DNA from: Nitrospirota bacterium
Lineage (GTDB): Bacteria > Nitrospirota > UBA9217
Length of the DNA stretch: 64,000 nucleotides
Direction: 5' to 3'
Assembly (NCBI GenBank): GCA_963796285.1
Contig: CAWCKW010000012.1
Location: 1,280,001 to 1,344,000, forward strand
The position numbers were made by a program, and so were the translations under genes. The notes under the pieces are model-generated. The model made no database searches and had not been told where the DNA came from. It saw only the letters and a list, made by a program, of their open reading frames with translations. The stretch's first letter is position 1; every line of letters starts with the position of its first letter. Shown one piece after another: positions 10,081 to 20,663 of the stretch.

Positions 10081-10683
10081 ATGCCGAAATTAGGCGAAAT
10101 TCTTATAGGATCAAAACTTATTAATGAAAAACAATTAGAAGCGGCATTAGAGTATCAACATAAAAGAGGCGGTAAATTAGGGCAGACCATTACTGAATTA
10201 TACTTTGTTAAAGAAGTTGATATAGCTAGAGCAATTTCTCAACATATCAAAGTTCCTTATGTAAATATATTCTCTGAAGACTTTTCTGACGAAGAATTGA
10301 AAAAAGTAAATGAATCAATTGTACGCAAATACGGAGTTATTCCAGTTAGAAAAGTAGGCCATTTTCTTGAAGTTGCCATGTCCGACCCTTCTGATTTAGA
10401 TATTATTGCCGATGTTCAATTTGCTTTAGGTTGTAATATAAAACCATTACTCTCCCTTGAATCGGAAATTGAGGCATTTATTCGGCAATATTACAGTGAC
10501 TCTCTTGTTCATCGTAAATCAGCTAAATTAGATTTTCCGGAAGAAGTCGAATTGGTTCAACAAAAGAGTACTTGGGAAAATGCGCCGCAATTCCAAGCCA
10601 AAAAGAAAATTAAAGACTTAGTTACTCTCCTTGTGAAAAAAGGAGTATTAACAATTGAAGAAGCAGTAAATTTTATCGACTAA
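10081..10683 (+). CDS. Stand-alone MshEN/T2SSE_N-domain protein (no ATPase domain)
   Basis: KLGEILIGSKLINEKQLEAALEYQ...KLGQ; VAMSDPSDL; GAGG RBS; low GC. Confidence 0.85.
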   Translation: MPKLGEILIGSKLINEKQLEAALEYQHKRGGKLGQTITELYFVKEVDIARAISQHIKVPYVNIFSEDFSDEELKKVNESIVRKYGVIPVRKVGHFLEVAMSDPSDLDIIADVQFALGCNIKPLLSLESEIEAFIRQYYSDSLVHRKSAKLDFPEEVELVQQKSTWENAPQFQAKKKIKDLVTLLVKKGVLTIEEAVNFID

Positions 10684-10701
10684 CAGAGAGATAAAGAGAC
10701 C

Positions 10702-10796
10702 TTGGGGACATTATTTCTAAGATTGCCTTATCGTTTTGAGTCCGTTCAACTTTAAACAGGAAAACAAGTAAAGCAACGTAGGAAACAACGTCCAAA
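10702..10796. repeat. MITE-like element with imperfect ~24-bp terminal inverted repeats
   Basis: TTGGGGACATTATTTCTAAGATTGC versus GCAACGTAGGAAACAACGTCCAAA; related ends near 9778-9860. Confidence 0.55.
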
Positions 10797-10821
10797 TATA
10801 TTTTTTGCATCACCCCCCGCG

Positions 10822-11310
10822 TCATTTCATTTTTGCCAGATGCTGCAGAATTTCGTTTTTATGAAGACCTACATAGGCGCAGCTGGGCTCTTCGCGGCAC
10901 TTCCGGCATTTCAAATCATACGCGGAATTTATCGTCCCGCATTTTGGGCACGAGAAATGCTCCCTCATCTCGGCGAACCACGTTTCGTATCCGGCACTCC
11001 TGATTCGTTCCTGAGATTTCCACAGTTCGATCCGATGAGGCCTCTCTGCTTGAAACGCTTTCAAGTTTTCACAAGGATACTCCGGGCACTGACCGCAAAA
11101 ATCCACCCCTTTATCAGAAGCGCATTTCGCCATGGTGCAGATGCTCTTACAGTAAAAGCATCTTTTTTCCGTACGGCATCCATGACAATGTAATTCCTCA
11201 ACCGGACGCTGCATACGCTGAGCCATTACTTCCAGTCTTGCCGGCTCTTCCCTGGTCCCAATATATATCGTGCAGGCAGGGCAAAAGAGTCCGCAAACGG
11301 CGGCGAGTTC
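10822..11310 (-). CDS. DUF3795-like Cys-rich protein; 5' end lacks a clear start
   Basis: Frame extends upstream of ATG 11226 as ELAAVCGLFCPACTIY; CxGC, C...CA...FCGQCPEYPC motifs. Confidence 0.75.
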   Translation of the reverse strand, partial: ELAAVCGLFCPACTIYIGTREEPARLEVMAQRMQRPVEELHCHGCRTEKRCFYCKSICTMAKCASDKGVDFCGQCPEYPCENLKAFQAERPHRIELWKSQERIRSAGYETWFAEMREHFSCPKCGTINSAYDLKCRKCREEPSCAYVGLHKNEILQHLAKMK

Positions 11311-11811
11311 TATGGGATAACACTGAAACTGTTTTATATATGGGGGTTCCTCCAGAAAAATGCGAATTCATGCGTTGCGATGAGAACTTAATAAAAAAAA
11401 TGGCAACCGATGTTGCTTATAAGTTGGTTAATCCATTAGACAAAGGTAAATGAAATCTAAAAAGATATTATGGCACAATTTTCGGGGGGGGGGGTAGGTC
11501 CCAAGATATGGACCAATTGTGGATACCACTAAAAAAGCTCTTAGTAAAGTTGCAGCATTAAGCCGGTTTAAAGCGAAAAGAGTAAAAAGCTTTTACGATA
11601 TTGATGTAAATTAAATCCAGCATGCTAAAATTGTCTAAAAATGCGATAAGACTTATTCCAGGGGGTTAAACGCATCGATAGTGCGGACTAGCACGCAATT
11701 TTGACGCTTCAATAGTAGTCGCAAATGAAAACGTATAAAGAATTGTGCTAAAAATGTGCTAACGAAAGCCGATAGTGTAATTCGTAACCAACGCACCTAC
11801 AACTTACAAAT

Positions 11812-12009
11812 TCATTTGATTTTCTCACTGCCCTGCGAAACGGACTTGGTTGTATCTGTGGGCTCATCCTTTTCGTTCAATGCTTTTTTAAATTCCTTAA
11901 TACTTTTACCAAGTCCCTCCCCAAGTTGGGGCAACCTGCTCGGGCCAAATATAACTAGTGCAATAGCTAAAATAATGATCAAATGCATCGGCTGAAATAG
12001 TCCTTCCAT
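11812..12009 (-). CDS. tatA: Twin-arginine translocase TatA/TatE subunit
   Basis: TM helix, FGP hinge, [18 protein letters not shown] amphipathic helix; GAGGAGG RBS. Confidence 0.92.
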   Translation of the reverse strand: MEGLFQPMHLIIILAIALVIFGPSRLPQLGEGLGKSIKEFKKALNEKDEPTDTTKSVSQGSEKIK

Positions 12010-12129
12010 AAATGTCCTCCTCGCATATTATATTACAATTAGAAATAACCAATTAGTATAATATTAGCTCATCTCATTTAATAACTCAATCACATTCATC
12101 AAAACTAATTTTCAACTGGTTTCACGTGA

Positions 12130-12264
12130 TTATCCCTCGGTTATCACGGCCGTCGGCGTCACGAGGAGAAACAGTCCGCCGCCATCGAAGAGAGTGATCT
12201 TCTTCGCCTGAGGCTTAGCTTTTCTGATCTTTGCGTCCGATAGTCCTATAACTCGTTTCGGCAT
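12130..12264 (-). pseudogene. N-terminal stub (arm DNA-binding domain) of a P4/IntS-like tyrosine integrase
   Basis: MPKRVIGLSDAKIRKAKP...LFDGGGLFLLVTP then stop; GGAGG RBS; lies next to the tRNA 3' end. Confidence 0.85.
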
Positions 12265-12278
12265 AAAGTGTTCCTCCT

Positions 12279-12345
12279 TTTTGGGTGTACGCGAAGGGAC
12301 TCTTTCCGTTTTGGGTGTACCTGAAGGATAAATGTACACCCAAAA
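12279..12345. repeat. Putative integrase arm-type sites
   Basis: TTTTGGGTGTAC at 12279 and 12309, inverted copy GTACACCCAAAA at 12334. Confidence 0.6.
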
Positions 12346-12396
12346 ACACTGGATTTAAGTATATTACATCGGACGAGGAAAGGCAAGAGAAATGAG

Positions 12397-12423
12397 AAAA
12401 GCCCCTATTTTAAAGGGGCTTTT
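12397..12423 (-). terminator. Intrinsic terminator downstream of tRNA-Ala
   Basis: AAAAGCCCCT-ATTTTAA-AGGGGCTTTT hairpin with T runs on both strands. Confidence 0.7.
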
Positions 12424-12454
12424 GCACTTTGTGAGGCTTGGTTGGATGAAGAAT

Positions 12455-12530
12455 TGGTGGACGAGAAGGGGATCGAACCCTCGGCCCCCGCATTGCGAAC
12501 GCGGTGCTCTCCCAGCTGAGCTACTCGCCC
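12455..12530 (-). tRNA. tRNA-Ala (anticodon CGC)
   Basis: 76 nt, GGGCGAG/CTCGTCC acceptor stem with G3:U70, TAGCTCAG D arm, CCGCG-TTCGCAA-TGCGG anticodon arm, GTTCGA, encoded CCA. Confidence 0.97.
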
Positions 12531-12671
12531 CCAGTTTTAACGCGGGTTCAATGTAATCCATCGGACGGAATAAATCAAGAAGAAAATGGGAACAGAGGCC
12601 GGAAGACAGACGGACGGAACGCAAACGAATTCCCCTGATATCCTCTCCGTCCTTCTGTCCTCGGGAACATA

Positions 12672-12700
12672 TTGACAAATCGGTCCATCTTCGTTATAGT
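12672..12700 (+). promoter_or_regulatory. Sigma70-type promoter
   Basis: TTGACA-17 bp-TATAGT. Confidence 0.7.
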
Positions 12701-12745
12701 GTGCAGGCTTAGAATACATATTTTCGTTCAAAGGAGAACCACCCC

Positions 12746-12856
12746 ATGCGTGAAAGACAAAAAGAATTGAAACGCAAACGTAAACGCCAAGACGAGACCC
12801 AGAAGGCCAAGACCAAAGCGATTTTAGCCGAGGTAGCGGCAAAAAAAGGGAAGTAA
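12746..12856 (+). CDS. 36-aa highly basic small protein (below the ORF-track cutoff)
   Basis: MRERQKELKRKRKRQDETQKAKTKAILAEVAAKKGK; AAGGAGA RBS; stop 3 nt before the next ATG. Confidence 0.65.
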   Translation: MRERQKELKRKRKRQDETQKAKTKAILAEVAAKKGK

Positions 12857-12859
12857 CGT

Positions 12860-14786
12860 ATGCCGTTCCGGCGTATTCGCTCCACATCAGCGCTCCTCCT
12901 GTCCTTGCTTGTCTTCCTGTCCGTGCTGATCCCCGCGGGTTGCGTGCCAAAACTGGCTCCGGAACCGGCGTGGGAAAAAGATGCCCGCGAACTCCTTGAC
13001 CAAGCCGACTCCCTGTTTGCCAAAAAACAGTACGATCAGTCCGTGAAGACAGTAGAGGTTTTTTTCGCCCGTTTCCCGAAGAGCATACACCGGGACCGGG
13101 CGCTCTATCGTCTGGGAGAAGTGCGCCTGACGCAGCGAAACTACCCCCAGGCGCTCAGTGATTACAAGGAGATCATCGAGAAGTTCCCTTCCTCGCCGTT
13201 CATTGTCCAGTCGCGCTACAAACTCGGTCTGTGCTACTTTGAAATCAAGGAATATGACCTCGCCATCGCCAACCTTGAGGACCGGAGCAAGATCACCGAT
13301 CCGGCGCAGCTCAAGCGTATCGCGGAGATCCTCTCCATCGCATATGCGGCCAAAAAGGACTTTCCGCACGCGGTAAGGGAACTCACCTCGCTTGCCGAGA
13401 CCGAGCAGAACGACCGAAATAAGACGGGATACCGGGACAGGATCCGCGAGATCGTCGACAAGAACCTGACGGAAGCGGAACTCAGGACCCTTGCCGATGG
13501 GTCCAAGTACCCTTCGGACATCGCCCGGCTGCGGCTTGCCGCGCTGTTGATCGAACTGCGGCGGTACCGGGAAGCCGTATCAATAAGCAAGGACTTCCTC
13601 GAAAAATTCCCTGCTCACCCCGAGCGGATGAGGGGGGAGATGCTCCTGAGCGAGGCCACGTCCAAGCTCTCCTCGCCAAGGTACTATCTGGCCGCCCTCC
13701 TGCCTCAATCGGGCCAGCTTGCCTTCTTCGGCGACCGGGTGCTGAAAGGCATCCAGCTCGCGGTGCATACATACAATCTCCAGGCGCCCGAAAGCCGGGT
13801 CGAGCTTCTGGTGAAGGACACCGAGGGCTCGCCGGACAAGGCCGTTGCCGCGCTCACCGAACTCTCATCCAAAGACATCGTCGCGGCCATCGGGCCTTTG
13901 CTCACCAAGGAGGCGGAAGCGCTCGTCCCCTTCCTCGAAAAGCTGAAGGTCCCCGTCATCACACCGGCGGCGTCCGGCGAAAACATCGGAACGCTCAGCC
14001 CCTGGCTGTTCCGAAACGCGCTCACGAATTCGACCCAGGCAGCGGCGGCCGCCCAGTTCGCGCTCGGGCATCAACCTCAAAAAGTTCGTGGTCCTCTATC
14101 CGGACGATGCCTACGGCAGGGACCTGGCGCGCCTCTTCACCAGGGATTTGGAACAGAAGGCCGAGATCCTCGCTGCCATGGCCTACCCGCCTGAGGTCAA
14201 GGACTTCGGCCCCTACGTGCGGAAGATCATCGAGATCGATCTCCGCTCCCGGAGGATCGTCATCCCGGAGGACGACCTCGAAAGGAAAAAGCTCTTCGAT
14301 GATTTTACTCCGAGCTTCGATGCGCTCTATCTCCCCGGCCATGCCGAGGAGGTCGGCTTGCTCATCCCGCAGCTCGCTTTTTACAACATCAAGGACATGG
14401 CCATGATCGGTTCGAACAACTGGCATGCCCCCGATCTGATCGAACGTGCCGGCCGGTACGCGGAGGGAGCGGTCTTCATAGACGGGTTCTTCCCCGAGAG
14501 CACGGACCCCGTGATCAAACCGGTCATCGAGGCCTACCGCTCCGCATACCAGGAAGAACCGGACATCCTCGCGGCACAGGCCTACGACGCCGCCATGATG
14601 GTGCTCACGCTCATCAAGGAACATAAGGACACCCCGCAGGCGGTCCGGGACGGCCTGATCGCGATGAAAGACTATCCCGGCATCTCGGGAGTGACCACCT
14701 TCTCCGGGAACGGCGAGGCACTGAAGAAGCTATTCATCATCAAGATCCAGAATGGAAAATTCGTGCCTTATTCCAACGGGAAATAG
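12860..14786 (+). CDS. LpoA-like lipoprotein (TPR/BamD-like N-terminus plus periplasmic binding-protein domain); frameshift near 14080
   Basis: Lipobox-like PAGC, TPR helices, LLPQSG, AIGPL, AAQAYDA; ORFs 12860..14194 and 14088..14786. Confidence 0.85.
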
Positions 14787-14805
14787 CCCCCTGCCCTGTT
14801 TTTCC

Positions 14806-14835
14806 TTGACAAGGCCCCGTGCTTTCTTTTAGTAT
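14806..14835 (+). promoter_or_regulatory. Sigma70-type promoter
   Basis: TTGACA-18 bp-TAGTAT. Confidence 0.55.
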
Positions 14836-14877
14836 CAAGTCCTCTTTTACGTCCCGATTCGGAGAAAAAACCTTCCC

Positions 14878-15560
14878 ATGGAAGAACTGAATATCATACA
14901 AAAGATCGTTGTCATGGCGCCGCCGCTCGTGTTCGCCATCGTGCTGCACGAAGTGGCGCACGGCTGGGTTGCGGAAAAGCTCGGCGACAACACGGCCCGC
15001 AGCATGGGCAGGCTCACGCTGAACCCCATCTCGCACATCGATCTCTTCGGTACGATCATCATGCCGCTCATGCTTTTTGTGCTCACGAACGGCAAGATGG
15101 TGTTCGGCTATGCCAAACCGGTGCCGATCAATCCCTACAACTTCAAAGACCCGAAAAAAGGCATGGCGCTCTCGTCGCATTGCCGGACCGGGGATCAACC
15201 TGATCATGGCCTTGTCGTTCTCGCTTCATCCTGCGCGTGGTCATTCCCTCTGCTGGAGGGCTTGGTTCCGAAGACAGCATGGGACATGTTTGTGCTGCCC
15301 ATCGCCCTGATGCTGGGTTATGGGGTCGTCATCAATGTCGTGCTTGCCGTGCTGAACATGATCCCCATTCCGCCGCTCGACGGGAGCAGGGTCGTTTACT
15401 GGCTTCTCCCAGACAAACCAGCAGCTGTCTATTACCGTCTCGAACCCTATGGCATGCTCATTCTTATGATGCTCATCATGCTTCGGTGCGCTCGGCAAGA
15501 TCATGACGCCCATCCTCCGGCCGATCCTGTACGCTGCTTCTGGGCGGGGATATTATGTGA
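14878..15560 (+). CDS. Site-2 protease family (M50) membrane metalloprotease; frameshifted
   Basis: LHEVAHG, GRLTLNP, AKPVP, AGP (alternate frame), NMIPIPPLDG. Confidence 0.9.
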
Positions 15561-15562
15561 AC

Positions 15563-15634
15563 CAGGATACAGGAGTTCAGGGTACAGAGTTCAGAATTCT
15601 GCTTTTAATCCGTGACATCTGACTCCAGACTGCT
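15563..15634. repeat. Inverted arrays of degenerate heptamers
   Basis: CAGGATA/CAGGAGT/CAGAGTT/CAGAATT versus TGACATC/TGACTCC/AGACTGC. Confidence 0.5.
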
Positions 15635-15650
15635 TAATAAAGGACTTCCT

Positions 15651-16638
15651 ATGACCAAACAACGTGTCTTAAGCGGCATGCAGCCGAGCGGTCTCCTGCA
15701 CCTCGGGAACCTCATGGGCGCCCTGAACAACTGGCGCAAGCTCCAGGACCAGTACGAGTGCTACTACTTCATCGCAGACTGGCACGCCCTCACCACGAGC
15801 TACGCCGACCCGTCGAACATCCGCACGCACAGCCGCGAAATGGTGATCGACTGGCTCGCTGCCGGCCTCGATCCGGAGAAGGCCGTGCTCTTCCAGCAGT
15901 CTCTCGTTCCCGAGCACGCCGTGCTGCATCTGCTTTTGTCCATGTCCACGCCGCTTCCCTGGCTCGAGCGCGTACCGACCTACAAGGAAAAAATGGACCA
16001 GATCCAGGACCGGGACATGAACACCTACGGGTTCCTCGGCTATCCCGTGCTCCAGGCCGCCGACATCCTCATCTACAAGGCGAACTTTGTGCCGGTCGGC
16101 ACCGACCAGCTCCCCCACCTGGAACTCACGCGCGAGATCTGCCGCCGCTTCAACCAGTTCTACGGCGAGGTCTTCCCCGAACCCCAGCCGCTCATGACCG
16201 AGTACCCCAAGCTGCCGGGCACCGATGGCCGCAAAATGAGCAAAAGCTACGGGAACTGCCTCTACCTTTCGGACAGCCCCGAAGACATCACCAAAAAGGT
16301 GATGCAGATGATCACCGACCCGGCACGCGTCCGGCGGCAGGACCCCGGCAATCCCGATATCTGTCCCCTCTTCGCGCTCGACAAGATCTTCGCTCCCAAA
16401 GAGTGGTGCGATCATGTCAACGTGGAGTGCAGGCGCGCCGGCATCGGATGCGTGGACGACAAGAAGGAACTGTTGAAGCACCTCCTCGCCTATCTAGCGC
16501 CCATGCAGGAGCGCAGAAGATCGCTCGTTGCCGATCCCGGAGAAGATCACCGAGATCATCCAGGAGGGATCGCGCAAGGCCCGCGTCATTGCCGCGAAAA
16601 CGCTCGTTGAAGCGAATGAGGCGATGAAGCTGTTATAA
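15651..16638 (+). CDS. trpS: Tryptophan--tRNA ligase; frameshift near 16540
   Basis: SGMQPSG..HLGN, YPVLQAADIL, VPVGxDQ, KMSKS. Confidence 0.97.
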
Positions 16639-16672
16639 ACTATTTTTCAACTTTTCTCCGCCACAAAAAACC

Positions 16673-16701
16673 TTGACAATGATCTTTGTCTCCCCTATTA
16701 T
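16673..16701 (+). promoter_or_regulatory. Sigma70-type promoter
   Basis: TTGACA-17 bp-TATTAT. Confidence 0.7.
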
Positions 16702-16731
16702 CAAATCAGAGATATTTCAGGAAAAAACCGC

Positions 16732-17715
16732 ATGACAACTACCCTTCAGGACGTTTTAAAAGAGTACAAATCCGACATGGAGCGCATGGAACACAGGCTC
16801 CATGAGAGCCTGGGCACCGATGTCCCGCTCATCCAGCAGGTCAGCAAATATATCCTCGGCGCGGGCGGCAAACGCTTCCGTCCTTTGCTGCATCTGCTCT
16901 CGGCCCGGCTTTGCGGTTTCCGTGAACACAACGCGGAATACATCCTTGGCAGCGTTGTGGAATATATCCACACTGCATCGCTTCTGCACGACGACGTCGT
17001 TGACGAGGCAAAGGTCCGCCGCGGCCGCGCCTCTGCGAACTCCATCTGGGGGAACCAGGCGAGCGTTCTCGTCGGCGACTACCTCTACTCCAAGGCGCTC
17101 TTTCATGCGGTGCGGCTCCAGAACCAGCGGGTCATGGACGTTCTCTCCGAGACTACGACCACCATGTCCGAGGGAGAGGTGCTCCAGCTCATGCAGATCC
17201 AGAACGCGGACCTCACCGAGGCGGACTATTTCCGGCTCGTGGAGTGCAAGACCGGGGTGCTCATTTCCGCCGCGTGCCGGCTCGGCGCCATCATCAGCAA
17301 GGCGCCGCTCTCGCAGGAGGACGCCCTCACCGCCTACGGAAAAAAGCTCGGCCTTTCGTTCCAGATCACCGACGATACCCTCGATTACGCGGCCGACCAG
17401 AAGCAGCTCGGCAAAACCCTCGGCAAGGACCTGGATGAAGGCAAAGTCACCCTCCCCCTCATCTACCTCATGCGCAAAGCGGACGCCGGGGAGAAGGACA
17501 ATCTGAGGAATATCCTGAATGCCGATGTGGTCAGCGAGGGCGATCTGTCGTACACGCTGGGGCTGATGAAGAAGCACGGTGCTGTTGAAGAGGCGCTCGG
17601 TCTCGCGCAAACGCTCTCCAATGATGCGAAGAACGCCCTGTTCCTGTTCCCCGATTCACTGCCGCGCCGGGCGCTCATGGCCCTTGCCGACTACGTGGTG
17701 CAGCGGGAGATGTGA
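16732..17715 (+). CDS. ispB: Polyprenyl (octaprenyl-like) diphosphate synthase
   Basis: [38 protein letters not shown]. Confidence 0.9.
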   Translation: MTTTLQDVLKEYKSDMERMEHRLHESLGTDVPLIQQVSKYILGAGGKRFRPLLHLLSARLCGFREHNAEYILGSVVEYIHTASLLHDDVVDEAKVRRGRASANSIWGNQASVLVGDYLYSKALFHAVRLQNQRVMDVLSETTTTMSEGEVLQLMQIQNADLTEADYFRLVECKTGVLISAACRLGAIISKAPLSQEDALTAYGKKLGLSFQITDDTLDYAADQKQLGKTLGKDLDEGKVTLPLIYLMRKADAGEKDNLRNILNADVVSEGDLSYTLGLMKKHGAVEEALGLAQTLSNDAKNALFLFPDSLPRRALMALADYVVQREM

Positions 17716-17716
17716 G

Positions 17717-18232
17717 ATGCATCCTCTTGTCAAGCTGGCAAAGGACACCGTCGAGCTGTACGTCCGCGAGGGGAAGCTGCTGCCGGTTCCCGATAAGGAC
17801 CTCACCCCGGAAATGAAAGAGCAAGCCGGGGTCTTCGTGTGCCTGAAAATACGGGGCATGCTTCGGGGATGCATCGGGACCTTCCTGCCGATGGAGTGTG
17901 ATGTTGCGCACGAAGTGGTCCGAAACGCCATCAGCGCCGCGACCTGCGACCCCCGTTTCCCGGCCGTGCGCGTTGGGGAACTGGACACCATCGAGTATTC
18001 GGTGGACGTGCTCACCCCCCCGGAAAGGGTCAAGGATACCGGAGAACTCGATCCCCGCCGCTACGGAGTGATCGTGCAGTCAGGCGGCCGCCGTGGCCTG
18101 CTTCTGCCTGACCTCGAAGGCGTGGACACCGTGGATTACCAGATCAGCATCGCCATGCAGAAAGCCGGGATCCCGCCCGGAACGCCGGTCGAGCTTTCAC
18201 GGTTTGAAGTAAAACGATATCATGAACAATAA
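17717..18232 (+). CDS. amrA: AmmeMemoRadiSam system protein A (AMMECR1 domain)
   Basis: GVFV..K..G.LRGCIGT, DPRF, GLLLPDL. Confidence 0.9.
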   Translation: MHPLVKLAKDTVELYVREGKLLPVPDKDLTPEMKEQAGVFVCLKIRGMLRGCIGTFLPMECDVAHEVVRNAISAATCDPRFPAVRVGELDTIEYSVDVLTPPERVKDTGELDPRRYGVIVQSGGRRGLLLPDLEGVDTVDYQISIAMQKAGIPPGTPVELSRFEVKRYHEQ

Positions 18233-18272
18233 CATCTCGAATACATTTACCTTAAGGAGGGCATGAAAACTG

Positions 18273-18617
18273 ATGGAAAGACCGGACAGGACCGAAAAAG
18301 ACGATGCACAGAAGGCAAAGCTCATATTTTTTTCACTTGCAGCGCTGGTGACCATTCTGCTCATCTGGAGCTTTTATACGGCGAACAGCGCCAGACGTGA
18401 ACGCGACCAGGCAAGACAGGAAATCGACCAGGCTAAACAGGATAATGCCAAGCTTGAGCAAATGCTGAAGGACCAGAACCAGATGAACGACGAACTCAAG
18501 AATAAGCTGCAGCTCTGCGAAGACAAATTAAAAGCAAAACCTGTGGCGGTGGTGAAGAAGCCCGTTGTTGCCAAAAAAACCGCAAAGAAGACATACCAAA
18601 CACAAAAAAAAGACTAA
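18273..18617 (+). CDS. Hypothetical single-TM coiled-coil protein with Lys-rich tail
   Basis: AAGGAGG RBS, one TM helix, heptad-like segment. Confidence 0.7.
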   Translation: MERPDRTEKDDAQKAKLIFFSLAALVTILLIWSFYTANSARRERDQARQEIDQAKQDNAKLEQMLKDQNQMNDELKNKLQLCEDKLKAKPVAVVKKPVVAKKTAKKTYQTQKKD

Positions 18618-18708
18618 GTAGTCGGAGACCGGCCGCAGAGTCCGGGGCAACGCCCATCGGGACGCGTTCTCCGTGTTTTGTTATGCAGTATCGAGAATGG
18701 AGAACATC

Positions 18709-19249
18709 ATGAATAAACAGCAGGCCATCCGTTCCTTTGAGTATAAAAATGATTATCTGTACATCGTCATCCGCCAGGCGCCTGAACAGGGACCGAAGGC
18801 CTACGTTTACTGCTGCGGGATCAACATCGCCCGGTTCGATCCCATTTGCTGGGGCAAGGCGGGTATCTGCTCGAACCCCGCATTCAAGGGTCTGCAGCTT
18901 GCTGCGGGCTGATGTCTCGGCGTTCGGGCTGAAACTGGGCATCCAGACGAAAAATGCCGAACAGATCCCCTGCGGTCCCCTGTCCCCGCAGAAAGGGAAC
19001 GGATGGTACCGTGAGAACGCCCTCTTGATCGTCGAGGCGACTCCAACAGCCGTTCAGAAGATCCTGGAGTTCAGCGTCCGGGACCTGGTGCAAACGGTCC
19101 TGGCTGTCTGCGCCGCCGATGCAAAGCTCCCGGCCAAGCTTCCGAACTCGCCGCAGATGCAGAAGTATCTTGAGTCCCTGAGCGTAAAAAATTACAGGGA
19201 AATGGCGCCGCCGCCGATCGCGAGAAAGCAGGACCAGGAAAAAAACTAA
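18709..19249 (+). CDS. Hypothetical protein, probably one gene with a frameshift near 18850-18900
   Basis: ORFs 18673..18912 and 18737..19249 overlap; GGAG RBS before ATG 18709. Confidence 0.55.
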
Positions 19250-19365
19250 CAGCTCATCGGCTGTAAAAATCTCCCGCCTTACCTTTGATGAACACAAAAA
19301 ACATTTATTCACCGCCGAGAACGCGGTGCTGTAAAATTGATGATCCCGCAAGAACGTCTATTTTT

Positions 19366-19447
19366 CACACGAAGCCACAAAGACACGAAGAAAAAACTAT
19401 TGATTATAAGAGGGTATTACCTCTCCGTGGTTTCGTGACTCAGTGTG
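19366..19447. repeat. Inverted-arm element, CACGAAG/CACAAAG variant (empty)
   Basis: CACACGAAGCCACAAAGACACGAAG ... CTCCGTGGTTTCGTGACTCAGTGTG. Confidence 0.6.
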
Positions 19448-19525
19448 GCCCTCGTCTTGGCCATTGTGTGAGCAAGGACTTTTTACGACTTTATCAAAAT
19501 TGCCCTGCTGCCGAACGTTAAGATC

Positions 19526-20571
19526 ATGTCCTCCCTTGCGCTCATCAAAGACGACCGTTACCTGGAGCATGACCCCGGCGACGGCCATCCCGAAAGCCCG
19601 GACCGGCTGCGCGTGATCCACGGGCTCATCGACCGGGAATTCAGCGGCCTGCCGCTTATCCCTCCGCGCCTCGCGACACAGAGCGAACTCGCCCTGGTCC
19701 ACGACCCGTCCTACATTCAGGCCGTAGCGAACACGCTGGACGGACACACTCCCAGCTCGATCCCGATACCGGTCTTTCCGCGCGGTCATATGAGATCGCC
19801 TGCCTCGCGGCCGGCGGCCTGCTCAACGGTGTAGATGCTTTGCTCAATCCGCAATCCGAAATCCGCAATCCGAAATCGATCTTCGCCCTTGTCCGTCCCC
19901 CCGGCCACCACGCCGAGCCCGAGCGCGGCATGGGATTCTGCCTCTTCAACAATGTGGCCATCGCCGCGGCGTACGCAAAAGAACAATACGGATTGAAAAG
20001 GATCTTGATCGTGGACTGGGACCTGCACCACGGCAATGGCACCCAGCGCGCGTTCTTTGACGACCCGGGTGTGCTTTTTTTCTCGTCCCACCAGTATCCA
20101 TACTATCCGGGCAGCGGCGGCGTCCATGAGGTCGGGAGCGGCAAGGGAGAGGGCTACACCGTGAACGCGCCTTTCCCCACCGGGTTCGGCGACGCTGAGT
20201 ACGTCTCCGTGTATACTAAAATTCTCACACCCATCGCGCTCGAGTATAAGCCCGAACTTGTCCTCGTATCCGCCGGTTTCGACCCGTTCGTCAAGGACCC
20301 GCTCGGCGGCATGAAACTGACCGGGGAAGGCTTCGGCGCTCTTGCCGGCATTGTGCAGGACATCGCGCGCCAGGCCTGTGACGGCAAGGTCCTGATGACC
20401 CTCGAAGGCGGGTACAATCCCGAAGGACTGCGGAACGGCGTCCGGGCCGTACTCCAGACGCTCATCGGCCGGCCCGCTCCCGCTCCGACGAATGCCCCGT
20501 CGGCAGACGCTGATGAGGTGATTGCGCGGATCGTCAGCGTTCATAAAAAATACTGGCAGAGCCTGAAATAG
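19526..20571 (+). CDS. Histone deacetylase family protein; frameshift near 19735
   Basis: HPESPDRL, RPPGHHA, GFCLFNN, DWDLHHGNG, SAGFD, LEGGY. Confidence 0.93.
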
Positions 20572-20628
20572 ATCCTCAATCACGCCGGAACAGACCTCCT
20601 GAACGCGCCTCTCACTATATTCGCTTTG

Positions 20629-20658
20629 TTGACATTTGTCGCCCTCTTCTGGTATTAT
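20629..20658 (+). promoter_or_regulatory. Sigma70-type promoter, probably leaderless transcript
   Basis: TTGACA-18 bp-TATTAT ending 5 nt before ATG 20664, no SD. Confidence 0.6.
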
Positions 20659-20663
20659 CACGC

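Noticed and set aside
11484-11494. G11 tract as a phase-variation switch
   Set aside because: Not inside an identifiable gene or promoter, and homopolymer length is unreliable in this assembly.
12364-12678. ORFs overlapping the tRNA
   Set aside because: Chance frames across tRNA-Ala and its promoter region.
17717-18232. Complete AmmeMemoRadiSam system
   Set aside because: Only protein A is present; the Memo and radical SAM partners are not in the window.
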